DNA from: a bacterium
GTDB lineage: Bacteria; UBA8248
DNA length: 64,000 nt
Direction of reading: 5' to 3'
NCBI GenBank assembly: GCA_965261085.1
Contig: OZ253442.1
Span: forward strand, 3,456,001 to 3,520,000
A model generated the notes under the pieces. That model searched no databases. It worked only from the letters and a program-made list of their open reading frames with translations, and had not been told where the DNA came from. Made by a program: the position numbers and the translations under genes. Below, piece after piece: positions 9,111 through 19,336 of the stretch. Within the stretch, counting starts at the first letter, position 1, and each line of letters opens with the position of its first letter.

Positions 9111-12100
9111 GTGGAGTTTACGAGGCGTTTTACCCGGGCCGGAGAAGAGGCGTATGGCGACATCCACTTCGCGCCGCGCACCTCACGCATCATCAACCCG
9201 GACGGCTCGGTCGTCTTCGAAGCGAAGGACGTCATGGCGCCGGAGAACTGGTCCCAGGTGGCCGTCGACATTCTGGCGCAAAAATACCTCCGAAAAGCCG
9301 GCGTCCCCACCCACTCGAAAAAGATTCCCGAAGACGGCGTGCCCGAGTGGCTGCAACGCTCGGAGCCGGACACGGAGAAACTCGAATCCCTGCCCGAGGA
9401 TGAGCAATTCGGCAGCGAGCGAGACGCCCGGGACGTTTTCCACCGCATGGCGGGATGCTGGACGTATTGGGGCTGGAAACACGGTTATTTTCATGTAGAA
9501 GAGGACGCCAAGGCGTTCTATGAGGAGATTTTATTCATACTCGCGAGCCAGATGGCGGCTCCCAATTCGCCGCAGTGGTTCAATACGGGCCTCCACTGGG
9601 CTTACGGCATTACGCGCCCCGCCCAGGGCCATTTCTACTGCGACCCCGAAACCGGGGAAATGCTCCGCTCCACCAATGCCTATGAGCGTCCCCAGCCGCA
9701 TGCGTGCTTCATACAATCGGTGAAAGATGATCTCGTCAACGAGGGCGGGATCATGGATTTGTGGACGCGCGAGGCGCGCATCTTCAAATACGGCTCGGGC
9801 ACCGGCACGAATTTCTCGAGCCTCAGAGCAGAAGGGGAATCGCTCTCGGGTGGAGGAAAAAGTTCCGGACTGATGAGTTTCCTCAAGATTGGGGACCGTG
9901 CCGCGGGCGCAATCAAGTCGGGCGGTACGACGCGACGCGCGGCGAAGATGGTCACGCTCGACATCGATCATCCCGATATCGAGGAATTCATCAACTGGAA
10001 GGTGCATGAAGAACAGAAAGTGGCTGCCTTGGTATCAGGCAGCAAGATGTGCAGCCGGCATATGAACGCCATTCTCGGAGCTTGCCTGGAGGGGAAGAAC
10101 CTGGGCTTGAATGGCAACTTCCATCAGCCGGACAAGAACCCATCGCTCACCAAAGCGATACGCGCCGCAAGGCTCGCCGGTGTTCCGGATAATTACATTC
10201 ATCGAACCCTTCAACTCGCGCGACAAGGCATCACCGAGGTCGAGTTCGAGGAATTCGACACGAACTGGGAAGGCGAGGCCTATACTTCGGTGTCCGGGCA
10301 AAATTCGAACAATTCCATACGAGTTTCAGATGAATTCATGAAAGCCATCGAGAAAAACACGGACTGGAACCTGATTCGGCGCACCGATGGTGAAATTGCC
10401 GACTCCCTTAACTCGAAAGAACTCTGGGACCAGATTGGATATGCGGCGTGGTGCTGCGCAGATCCCGGCCTTCAATTCGATACGACCATCAACGACTGGC
10501 ACACGTGCGCCGCCGATGGGCGCATCAACGGTTCTAATCCCTGCTCGGAATATATGTTCCTCGATGACACCGCATGCAATCTCGCGTCGATGAATCTCAT
10601 GAAATTCCTGGATACTGAAAAGAACCATTTTCAGATAGAAGACTATCGCCACGCTATTCGACTTCTGACAGTCGTCCTGGAAATTTCAGTGCTCATGGCG
10701 CAATTCCCCAGTCCGGAAATAGCCAAACGCTCATATGAGTATCGAACCTTGGGGCTTGGATATGCCAATCTGGGCACCTTGTTGATGGTGCTTGGCATCC
10801 CTTACGATTCGCCGGAAGCGGAGGCATGGTGCAGCGCTCTTACCTCCATCATGACCGGCTGTTCGTATGCCGCCAGCGCTGAGATGGCCGGAGAACTGGG
10901 CGCTTTCGTCAGGTATCAAGGCAATCAAGAGCATATGTTGCGAGTACTGAGAAACCACCGCCGCGCAGCTTATTCAGTGCCTGAAGCCGAATACGAAATG
11001 CTCTCTAAAGCGCCAAAAGGTATCGCTACGGAAATCTGTCCCCATTATCTTCTCCAAGCGGCGCGAGAGGCGTGGGACGATGCTTTGGCCATTGGCTACC
11101 GAAACGGCTATCGGAATGCGCAAGCTACTGTCATTGCACCGACAGGCACCATTGGTCTGGTGATGGATTGTGATACAACGGGAATCGAGCCGGATTTTGC
11201 TTTAGTGAAATTCAAAAAACTGGCCGGAGGCGGTTACTTCAAGATCATCAACCAATCTGTTCCTCTTGCCTTACGGCATCTGGGCTATGACGATGAAGAT
11301 ATCCGTGAAATCGTCGCCTACTGCCGAGGTCGGGGCACCCTCACGAATGCGCCTCATATCAATCCAGAATCTCTGTACGCAAAAGGGTTTACCAGCAAGG
11401 CACTCGAAAAGGTGGAAGCCGCACTTGAAGGGGCGTTTGAAATCCAGTTCGCCTTCAACAAATACTCTCTCGGTGAAGACTTCTGTCGTGAGCAATTAGG
11501 GATCAATGAAGCACAAATAGCCGACTGGAATCTGAATCTGCTCGGAGCCATTGGTTTCACTCCAGAGCAAATTAGTGAAGCGAATGATTTCGTCTGCGGC
11601 AAAATGACGCTAGAAGGCGCGCCCCACCTGAAAGAAGAGCATTTGGCTGTTTTTGATTGCGCAAGCAAATGCGGACGCGAAGGTAAGCGCTTCATCAGCC
11701 CCATGGCCCATGTTCGGATGATGGCAGCGGCACAGCCTTTCATATCAGGCGCCATCAGTAAAACCATCAACATGCCCGCGGAATCCACGATTCAAGAAAT
11801 CTTGGACATATACCATGAATCGTGGCAACGGATGACCAAAGCCATTGCGATTTACCGCGATGGCTCGAAACTAAGCCAACCACTTTCCGCACAAAGCGAA
11901 GCGGAACTCTTCACTGACATTAGTGAAGAAGAACCAGTTTCCCATAGCGCTCCGGTGCACGTAGCCCAGCAGATTGTGCGACGGATTATTTACCAATCCA
12001 GAAGACGCAAGTTGCCTACCCGCCGTGGTGGATACACGCAAAAAGCCGTCATCGGTGGACACAAGGTGTATCTCAGAACCGGGGAATACCAGGATGGCTC

Positions 12101-12701
12101 TATCGGCGAAATTTTTATAGATATGCACAAAGAAGGCGCTGCCTTCAGAAGCCTCATGAACTGTTTCGCCATCGCGATTTCCCTAGGACTCCAACACGGC
12201 GTCCCCTTGGACGAATTTGTGGATGCCTTCGTCTTCACGCGCTTCGAGCCCGGGGGCATAGTCTCAGGCAACCCACATATCAAGATGAGTACGTCCATCA
12301 TCGATTATATCTTCCGTGAGTTGGCAGTTTCATATCTCGGACGCCATGATCTTGCACAAGTCGTGTCGGAGGACTTGAGGAGCGACACTATTGGGCGCCC
12401 CCAGGAAGAGATCCCGGAATTCGACACCGAGGAAGAAGAAGAGATTCGAACCATATTCCCGGGGCCAGATACGAGCGCTCCGCGCAGTAACCGAGTAAGT
12501 TTGAATTATGAGAAAGAATCCACTCACGCTTCAATGACGCCAATAACAGAAACGGACTACGCCTTCGATTCACGCATCGAAGAAGCTCGCGCCAAAGGGT
12601 ATGAGGGTGAAGCATGTAGCGATTGCGGTCTATTCACCTTGGTAAGAAACGGCACGTGTCTAAAATGTATGACATGCGGAGCAACGAGTGGATGTTCTTG
12701 A
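9111..12701 (+). CDS. nrdJ: Adenosylcobalamin-dependent (class II) ribonucleotide reductase
   Basis: [27 protein letters not shown], the NPCSEY finger loop, [19 protein letters not shown], a C-terminal TSCPD-like domain and a CxxC..CxxC zinc-ribbon tail. Confidence 0.97.
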   Translation: MEFTRRFTRAGEEAYGDIHFAPRTSRIINPDGSVVFEAKDVMAPENWSQVAVDILAQKYLRKAGVPTHSKKIPEDGVPEWLQRSEPDTEKLESLPEDEQFGSERDARDVFHRMAGCWTYWGWKHGYFHVEEDAKAFYEEILFILASQMAAPNSPQWFNTGLHWAYGITRPAQGHFYCDPETGEMLRSTNAYERPQPHACFIQSVKDDLVNEGGIMDLWTREARIFKYGSGTGTNFSSLRAEGESLSGGGKSSGLMSFLKIGDRAAGAIKSGGTTRRAAKMVTLDIDHPDIEEFINWKVHEEQKVAALVSGSKMCSRHMNAILGACLEGKNLGLNGNFHQPDKNPSLTKAIRAARLAGVPDNYIHRTLQLARQGITEVEFEEFDTNWEGEAYTSVSGQNSNNSIRVSDEFMKAIEKNTDWNLIRRTDGEIADSLNSKELWDQIGYAAWCCADPGLQFDTTINDWHTCAADGRINGSNPCSEYMFLDDTACNLASMNLMKFLDTEKNHFQIEDYRHAIRLLTVVLEISVLMAQFPSPEIAKRSYEYRTLGLGYANLGTLLMVLGIPYDSPEAEAWCSALTSIMTGCSYAASAEMAGELGAFVRYQGNQEHMLRVLRNHRRAAYSVPEAEYEMLSKAPKGIATEICPHYLLQAAREAWDDALAIGYRNGYRNAQATVIAPTGTIGLVMDCDTTGIEPDFALVKFKKLAGGGYFKIINQSVPLALRHLGYDDEDIREIVAYCRGRGTLTNAPHINPESLYAKGFTSKALEKVEAALEGAFEIQFAFNKYSLGEDFCREQLGINEAQIADWNLNLLGAIGFTPEQISEANDFVCGKMTLEGAPHLKEEHLAVFDCASKCGREGKRFISPMAHVRMMAAAQPFISGAISKTINMPAESTIQEILDIYHESWQRMTKAIAIYRDGSKLSQPLSAQSEAELFTDISEEEPVSHSAPVHVAQQIVRRIIYQSRRRKLPTRRGGYTQKAVIGGHKVYLRTGEYQDGSIGEIFIDMHKEGAAFRSLMNCFAIAISLGLQHGVPLDEFVDAFVFTRFEPGGIVSGNPHIKMSTSIIDYIFRELAVSYLGRHDLAQVVSEDLRSDTIGRPQEEIPEFDTEEEEEIRTIFPGPDTSAPRSNRVSLNYEKESTHASMTPITETDYAFDSRIEEARAKGYEGEACSDCGLFTLVRNGTCLKCMTCGATSGCS

Positions 12702-12710
12702 AAATTATTA

Positions 12711-13005
12711 CCCGTCGTGGGGGAAACGGGCGGACTCTGCGACGGGACGAGAGTCGGGGAAAACCCTCGGAGGGTTATTCCCCGACTCTCACCAAAAATA
12801 GAATTCCCATTGAATTCTCTTGCTGCGGGGGAAACGGGCGGACTCTGCAGCAGGACCGGGAACCGGGGATAATACACCTTGTGGGTTGAATCCTCGGTTC
12901 CCATTTTAAGTTAAGCGTAATTCCCTGCTGCGGGGGAAACGGGCGGACTCTGCGGCAGGTCGAGAGCCGGTGAAGTCTCCTAGGGGGAGTTCTTCATCGG
13001 CTCTC
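12711..13005 (+). ncRNA. Tandem array of three putative structured RNA units (two hairpins each); family unknown
   Basis: Invariant 22-mer GGGGGAAACGGGCGGACTCTGC at 12719, 12827 and 12932, inside 12-bp stems with compensatory and G-U changes; each unit is followed by a long second hairpin. Confidence 0.65.
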
Positions 13006-13015
13006 CCTTTTTTAC

Positions 13016-13044
13016 TTGACACTCGAAGCTCCTTCACCTACCTT
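13016..13044 (+). promoter_or_regulatory. Probable tRNA promoter
   Basis: TTGACA-17 bp-TACCTT immediately upstream of tRNA-Ala. Confidence 0.55.
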
Positions 13045-13058
13045 CAGGTTCCTTTTGT

Positions 13059-13134
13059 GGGGGTGTAGCTCAGATGGGAGAGCGCGTGGATCGCACCCAC
13101 GAGGTCAGGGGTTCGAATCCCCTCACCTCCACCA
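13059..13134 (+). tRNA. tRNA-Ala (anticodon CGC)
   Basis: Cloverleaf with acceptor GGGGGTG/CACCTCC containing G3:U70, anticodon stem CGTGG/CCACG with loop ATCGCAC, TTCGAATC T-loop and encoded CCA. Confidence 0.96.
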
Positions 13135-13156
13135 GTACAGTTCCTTGAAATGAATA

Positions 13157-14005
13157 CTACGCATTGAGCATGACGAGAGCCGCCTCTCGTGTCCTCATAC
13201 CTTCTCGAACCCCACGCTTTTCTGCCACTTCATTCATGCATGAAATGACACCGTCTTCCCATGTGCTCATCACATCGCCAATACGCGCGCTCATGGCGCC
13301 GACTGCCGCCACTGCGATCCCCTCGCGCGCCAGATAGGGAAAAGATGCGATACCGGAATCATCTTTTCCCCTCCCTGCATCATTCGCAACAACACCCTTC
13401 AGATTGAGCTTTAAAACATGCGGAACGAGAGTAAGCCCGCAATGAGAAGCTTGGATAAAGACATCTTGGGGCCTTGCTTCTTTGATAGAGCGCAGGACGG
13501 GAATGCCCCATGAGGCGCGTATATTGCCCTCAGGTAAATGCTCTAATTCGTATATTCTATCGTGAAGACTCTCTTCGACAACCACCTTCCGGCCCACCTC
13601 GGCATTGAGCAGACAATCCGAGGCCTCAGCTATTGACTGACCAATTTCAACACCAAGGGACTGGGCTGCCCGATTCACATGGCCGACTTCGCCTTCATAC
13701 ACGGATTCACCCACCGCGAGTCTGGCGGACATGGTCTCACACGCCAACGCAGGCACATGATATTCCTGAGCCAAACACAAACCGCTGATGCCCGCATTAT
13801 CCTTTCCAACTCCCGCCGCATGAGCAACTACTGCTCTCGCCCCCAAGCGCATTGCCCAGGCAATCGTCATGCGTGCGGCGTAAGAACCTCCAATGAGAAC
13901 ATCCCTTTCCCCAACCCTCTCGTCAAAATATGTCATCGAATCCGCTGAGAGAACGCGGCCACGCACGTCTTCATGATGAATCGTCTGTTCATCTATCGCC
14001 ATCAT
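13157..14005 (-). CDS. Conserved hypothetical protein made of two homologous halves
   Basis: Both halves show (A/D)AG.GKD.(A/S)GI...MSAR(L/I)...G.(V/I)...N..A...GV..G....EA. Start set at MMAIDEQ. Confidence 0.75.
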   Translation of the reverse strand: MMAIDEQTIHHEDVRGRVLSADSMTYFDERVGERDVLIGGSYAARMTIAWAMRLGARAVVAHAAGVGKDNAGISGLCLAQEYHVPALACETMSARLAVGESVYEGEVGHVNRAAQSLGVEIGQSIAEASDCLLNAEVGRKVVVEESLHDRIYELEHLPEGNIRASWGIPVLRSIKEARPQDVFIQASHCGLTLVPHVLKLNLKGVVANDAGRGKDDSGIASFPYLAREGIAVAAVGAMSARIGDVMSTWEDGVISCMNEVAEKRGVREGMRTREAALVMLNA

Positions 14006-14654
14006 ATTCTCTTTCATTAAGTCATGAACAAAATGTAATTTCTGGAGATATGTCAGCCCAAGAGAAACGCCCGGCTGATACCTCAACCGGGCGTCAAATT
14101 ATCATTCCCCATTGAGCGTTAGTATTCAGCAGGAGCATAACCCCCTTCGCCGTCACTTAAGAAGGAGAAATCATCAATTACACTCTTATCAGGCACATCA
14201 TAATTCACATCCGTTGGCAGCACGTCTCCAGACTCTGCAAAAAACTCGTGGTCCAAGACAACAACACTATCTGTTAGCTCGATCATTTCATCCTCATTTT
14301 ATAGGCTGTTCGATACGAATCTTCTCGGACATGGTTACAGGCGACATCACAAAGGCGGGGAGTATACTCAAATCATTTAAAAAAGCAACACTTTTTTCCC
14401 ATAAACTCTTATTTTTCAAGTGCTAAAATGTATTCACTCAAAGCGATGCTTGTCATTGTCTTTGGTGACATTTGGGGGCGAAATATTTTAATAAGACCAA
14501 AATAGAAAACTGGTGAAATGCAGTTCGTATACCTCCGTCTTGTTTAACACGTAGTATGATGCTAGTGAATACGCGCACAAATAATAGTTGCCCACAAAAG
14601 TGAGAACTTACTCGATAAATGTTTTAGGCGAAAAGGCTTGCGCAACCAAAATGT

Positions 14655-15320
14655 CTAAGCCAAATCCTTTGCTTGGAATTCGATTCGTCCTCCCGGCGGT
14701 TCCACCACCAAATGAAGCGCTTCAGCCAGCCTCCCTGAGAGATGCCACATACCACAAATAAAGGTGAGTTCCACGATCTGACGATTAGAGAAATATTTCT
14801 TCATCTCACTGAATGCGAAGTCGTTGTTCTTGGCCGTGAATTTCGACACTTCATCCGCCCACCGGATAACAGCTTTTTCCTTATCATCGAACAAATCACT
14901 GTCTTTCCAATCATCGCTTTCCAGCAGATTGATTTGATCCTGGCTAAGACCCAGAGCTCGACCGAGCTCCACATTGTGCCCAATTCAGTTGTTACATTCA
15001 GTCAATATGGCCGTTTTGACGATGACGAGCTCCATGAGCCGAATGTAATCGGATTCCGTCTTCAATCGATTCGTCCGGAGCTTTTGGTCGAGCAACATCC
15101 ATCCTTCGACGGTGGGAGGCGAATTTCCCAGAAGCTGCAAAAAGCGCGGGACGGTACCCCACATCCGCTTCGACCAGTCAAAGAGTGGAGTGAGTTCGTC
15201 CTTGAGTTCGTCAGGAATATTATCAGGATCGACAAAAGGCAATCTTGGCAACGGACAGGCCATCATCTCCTCGGTCACGCCCAGACTATCCGGTAAACTC
15301 GTAGCTTCGTCCACAGACAT
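14655..15320 (-). CDS. AhpD/carboxymuconolactone decarboxylase-family protein with in-frame UGA; probable selenoprotein (CxxU)
   Basis: ORFs 14985-15320 and 14655-14972 are in the same frame, separated by TGA (14985-14987), reading ELVIVKTAILTE-C-N-N-[UGA]-I-G-H. SECIS-like hairpin at 14954-14969. Confidence 0.8.
14954..14969 (-). promoter_or_regulatory. Putative bacterial SECIS element
   Basis: mRNA GAGCUC-GGUC-GAGCUC hairpin with a G-leading apical loop that begins after a 21-nt spacer following the UGA. Confidence 0.6.
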
Positions 15321-15346
15321 TGGATTCTCCTTGAAAAAAGTGTGGT

Positions 15347-17596
15347 TTATACACCGCTCGTGGCCAATGCCTCCCGAATATGATGCGGGCCGACGGGCAA
15401 TGAAAAGACGGGTATTCCAATAGCGTCTTGTATGGCGTTCACTATCGCCGCTGCAGTCGCCACAATGGGCGGTTCACCCACTCCCCGCATCCCATAGGGT
15501 GTGCCCTCGGCCGGATTGTCATACAACACAGCATTCAGTTCGGGCATATCCATACTGGTAGGGATCAAATATTCATGGAAGGTATCACCGTGCAAATTTC
15601 CATCCGGGCGCCTTGGTTGCTCTTCCATAAGGGCCAATCCGAGGCCTTGTATCATGGCACCTTCAATTTGCCCCACCACAGACAATGGATTTATGGCAAA
15701 TCCAACATCCTGCACACATGTGAGTCGCAAAACCCTGATTTCTCCGAGTTCGGGGTTTACAGCCACATCCGCTATCTGTCCGGTATGTATCGGACATGGG
15801 GGCGGTTTCGCGCTTTCACCTTGCCCAATTAAAAACCCCTGAATTTCAGGCGCCGCCTTGGCCACCTGCGCAAGTGTCAGGGCACGATCAGGCGCCGAAC
15901 CCACCTTGACTTGGCCATCTTCCAAAACCAGGTCGTCTGCAGCGGCTTCTAGTTTTATGCTCGCCACTTTCAAAATTTTGTCTCGCAAATCGCGCGCAGC
16001 ACTCAAGGTTGCCATCCCCACTGCTCGTGTCGCCTTACTACCCGACGCCGCGGATGATTCAGGAACCGAATCCGTATCTCCGTTCGAGTAACGCACCTCA
16101 TCCAAACTTACACCCAGTTCCTCCGCTGCCAGTTGGCATATCGAAGTACTCATCCCTGTGAGATTCACCGTTCCCGCTACCACTTGTACGGTGCCATCTT
16201 GATTCAGACGGACCGTGCAACTAGATGCCTCTCCCGGCCCCGGCCAATACCCGCAAGCAATGCCACGGCCGAGTTTCCAGCCATCTCCCTGAACCTCTCC
16301 GTTAGCCTCAATCTTCTCTCCCCACTTCCCTTCTACGGCTGTTGAGTCAAGTACACTACGCATGGATGAGTTTTGCTCCTTTCCAGCCAGTGTTTCATCT
16401 CCGGGCTGAAGCGAATTAATTCGCCTTATCTCGAGTGGATCAATCCCCATCTCGCGCGCAATGATGTCCATCTGCACTTCGGTGGCAAAGTGGTATTGAG
16501 GCCCGCTAGGAGCACGCACGGGACCGCAAACAGGGCCATTGGTATACACCGTACACGCGCGAATCCTGACGTTGGGAATGCGATAAGAAGATGAGCCCAT
16601 CAGCATCTTGCTGCTGCACTGGAAAGGCGCGCCTCGGCCATAGGCTCCATGATCCATCGTGACATCAAGCTCCCGGGCTACAAACGTACCATCATTCTTT
16701 ACCGCTGTGCGTATCTTGATGAAATGGGGGTGTCTCGGATTCACGCCAATATGATCTTCTTCGCGGGTCATCTCCATCCGCACTGCCTGGTCTGTTTTCA
16801 AGGCTAATAAAGCGCCTATGTGCTCATACGTACTCTTCAGTTTTGCGCCAAACCCGCCGCCGATTTCAGTAGGAATGACACGAACCTGCGTTGCCGGAAG
16901 CCCAAGCGCCTCAGCCACGTCCGCGCGAATGGCCCACGCATCCTGCGTGGTTGTCCAAATAGTGACTTTCCCGTCGGCGCCAGCCTCGGCAGTGCATGCG
17001 TGAGGCTCAATATAGCCGGCATGTACGAATGGCGTGGAAAAAGTATGCTCAAAAATACGATCCGCCTCTTTGTATCCGGCGTCGACATCTCCCATTTCTT
17101 TTTCAAAACGGGCGATGATATTTTTGTCCGCATTCGGGCCAAGTCCCAAATCTTGCCAATCTTCATGAACGGCAAGCCCCTTGCCAGCCCGGCTATCTAA
17201 GCCGTTTACTACCGGTTCTAAAACTTCATATTCCACGCGAATCAATTCGATGGCCGCTAGGGCGGCATCCATGTTCTCGGCGGCCACGGCAGCCACTGGC
17301 TCTCCGCCATACCGAACATAACCGTCTTGCGCAAACCAACTCTGATCTTTGATATTGGCGCCAAACCGAATGCGGGGAGCTTCATCTCGCGTCACGACCG
17401 CACGGACGCCGAGTATCTTGCGCGCCTCGGTCGCATCCACGCTTTTCACTTTCGCGTACGGGTGCGGGCTGCCCAAGACCAACCCGACAAGTGTCCGACT
17501 CGACGGGACATCAGCCGCAAATTTCGCACTTCCAGCTACTTTGTCCGGGGCATCGATTCGGGTGAAGCCCATGCCCGCCACTTTATAGTTTGTCAT
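15347..17596 (-). CDS. Xanthine dehydrogenase/CoxL-family molybdopterin-binding subunit
   Basis: RIDAPDKVAG, SPHPYAK, VHAGYIEPH, IGGGFGAK, GQIEGAMIQGLG and GMRGVGEPP. Confidence 0.93.
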   Translation of the reverse strand: MTNYKVAGMGFTRIDAPDKVAGSAKFAADVPSSRTLVGLVLGSPHPYAKVKSVDATEARKILGVRAVVTRDEAPRIRFGANIKDQSWFAQDGYVRYGGEPVAAVAAENMDAALAAIELIRVEYEVLEPVVNGLDSRAGKGLAVHEDWQDLGLGPNADKNIIARFEKEMGDVDAGYKEADRIFEHTFSTPFVHAGYIEPHACTAEAGADGKVTIWTTTQDAWAIRADVAEALGLPATQVRVIPTEIGGGFGAKLKSTYEHIGALLALKTDQAVRMEMTREEDHIGVNPRHPHFIKIRTAVKNDGTFVARELDVTMDHGAYGRGAPFQCSSKMLMGSSSYRIPNVRIRACTVYTNGPVCGPVRAPSGPQYHFATEVQMDIIAREMGIDPLEIRRINSLQPGDETLAGKEQNSSMRSVLDSTAVEGKWGEKIEANGEVQGDGWKLGRGIACGYWPGPGEASSCTVRLNQDGTVQVVAGTVNLTGMSTSICQLAAEELGVSLDEVRYSNGDTDSVPESSAASGSKATRAVGMATLSAARDLRDKILKVASIKLEAAADDLVLEDGQVKVGSAPDRALTLAQVAKAAPEIQGFLIGQGESAKPPPCPIHTGQIADVAVNPELGEIRVLRLTCVQDVGFAINPLSVVGQIEGAMIQGLGLALMEEQPRRPDGNLHGDTFHEYLIPTSMDMPELNAVLYDNPAEGTPYGMRGVGEPPIVATAAAIVNAIQDAIGIPVFSLPVGPHHIREALATSGV

Positions 17597-17701
17597 TTTC
17601 ACCTCGGAGAAATATATGACTTATACCGTTGAATTTCTTATACCATTCGACAATCATTCAGTGCTTTGGCCACGCAACGCATAAATTTATCTCCCCTCCA
17701 T

Positions 17702-18103
17702 CTATTCAGGAACATCCGAGGGTTTGACGCCATGCGTGGCTCGAATTTTCGTTTTGATATTTCCTCTCACATTAAAATCACCTTCAATCCATGCCCATTT
17801 CGGTTCACAAACTTCAACCAAGTCATCGAGTATGGTGCCGACTACCTGTTCATGAAAAATTTCCCGGTCCCTGTAATTATTGATGTAGAGTTTCAGGGAT
17901 TTCAACTCTACTATTTTCTCCCCGGGTACATATTTAATGTGGATTGTAGCGAAATCAGGGAAATTACTGATCGGGCAAAGACAGGTAAATTCAGGAATCG
18001 TGAAATCGACAACGTAATCTCTTTGCTTTGAGGGGTTCGGAACAGCTTCCAGCTTCGCCTCTACAATCATCCTCGCACCATACTTCATCTCGCCTTGAGA
18101 CAT
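17702..18103 (-). CDS. queF: NADPH-dependent 7-cyano-7-deazaguanine reductase (preQ1 synthase)
   Basis: [30 protein letters not shown] and FNVRGNI; short type I QueF. Confidence 0.93.
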   Translation of the reverse strand: MSQGEMKYGARMIVEAKLEAVPNPSKQRDYVVDFTIPEFTCLCPISNFPDFATIHIKYVPGEKIVELKSLKLYINNYRDREIFHEQVVGTILDDLVEVCEPKWAWIEGDFNVRGNIKTKIRATHGVKPSDVPE

Positions 18104-18108
18104 TTTCG

Positions 18109-19233
18109 TTATGCTCCAGGAGTCAGATTCACCAACAAAGCGCCATCTTTTCGGGCCACAAACGTATCGTGCGCTTCTTGATATTCCTTAAGGGGAAACC
18201 GATGGGTATTGTACGGGTCCACCTTCATTCTCCCGGCATCAATGAGCGATAAAACCTCATCACCGCAATTGGGATTCGCTCGAACACCAAAAACATCCAT
18301 CTCCTCAAGCACAACGCGTTTCCATGCCAAATCAGGAATGTTATCCGGTATACCCGTGATGGCGACACGCGCACCTTTGCCGCCGCAATCCACACTCCAC
18401 TTAAAGCTATCCGTAGCTCCCGCCGTCTCCAGCACCACGTTGGCTTTTCTTCCGCCAGTCATCTCGTCTATACGTTCCGGCACACCACCCTCTCGGTAAC
18501 TGACAACTTCAGCGCCCTGTTCTCCCAGAATATCGAGCCTCCTGCCACCACCCACAACAATCACGCGTCCTGCGCCCATCGCCTTGACTTATTCATATGC
18601 AAAAACACCAATGGGTCCCGAACCCAATATCACGACCGTATCGCCAGGGTTGATGCCTGCGCGCTTCGCCGTCCAGAGATCACAAGCAGCCGGGTCCACG
18701 GCCGACCCATACTCGAAAGACATACCCTCAGGCATCTTGTGCAAAACCCGTATATTGTTGGTCACATACTCCGCATATGAGCCTTGCGTAATATGCCCAT
18801 ACTGTCTGTGGCCAGTGTCTATCTTTCCATAATTATAGCAGAGGTTATAGCGACCAATGAGACACATGCGGCAAGCGCCGCACCCTGCGTGGCTCGTACC
18901 CGCGACGGCATCACCCATATCGAGCCCGAACCCTTCTGTCATCGGGCCCATCGCCACGATTCTGCCGGCCCACTCGTGCCCTAAGATGGCCGGGAGTTTA
19001 GGCGGCCAGTTGGGGAGGTGACCGCCTTTGATGATTTCGATGTCCGTACCACAAATCGTGGTGCACTCTACTTTGACAAGCACCTCTCCGATATTCGGCT
19101 CCGGAACAGGAACGGATTGAATTTCAAGCCTTTCGGGCGCAGTCATTACAACCGCTTCCATCTTGTCTCCTACCTCTTCGCCATAACGCACATCGAACGC
19201 TGAGGACATAAAATCCAATTCTCCTTCATTCAT
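18109..19233 (-). pseudogene. Zn-dependent alcohol/polyol dehydrogenase (MDR family) interrupted by an in-frame TAA
   Basis: ICGTD, GHEWAG, CGACRMC..C and GSGPIG motifs. Reads ...FAYE-TAA(18589-18591)-VKAMGAGRVIVV in one frame. Confidence 0.8.
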
Positions 19234-19336
19234 TTGCTCGCGGGATGATAATTTTAGAATGAATGCAACATTGCTTGGAAATCAATTGCAAACTTCCCCG
19301 CAAGCTGTTCAAACGACAAGGCCATAAAGTACTGTG

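Noticed and set aside
12711-13005. CRISPR array interpretation of the repeated 22-mer
   Set aside because: The intervening ~85-nt segments are too long, fold into conserved hairpins and pair with the repeat flanks; no cas genes are in the window.
18589-18591. Recoding (Sec/Pyl) of the dehydrogenase stop
   Set aside because: The codon is TAA, and the position is not a catalytic Cys site.
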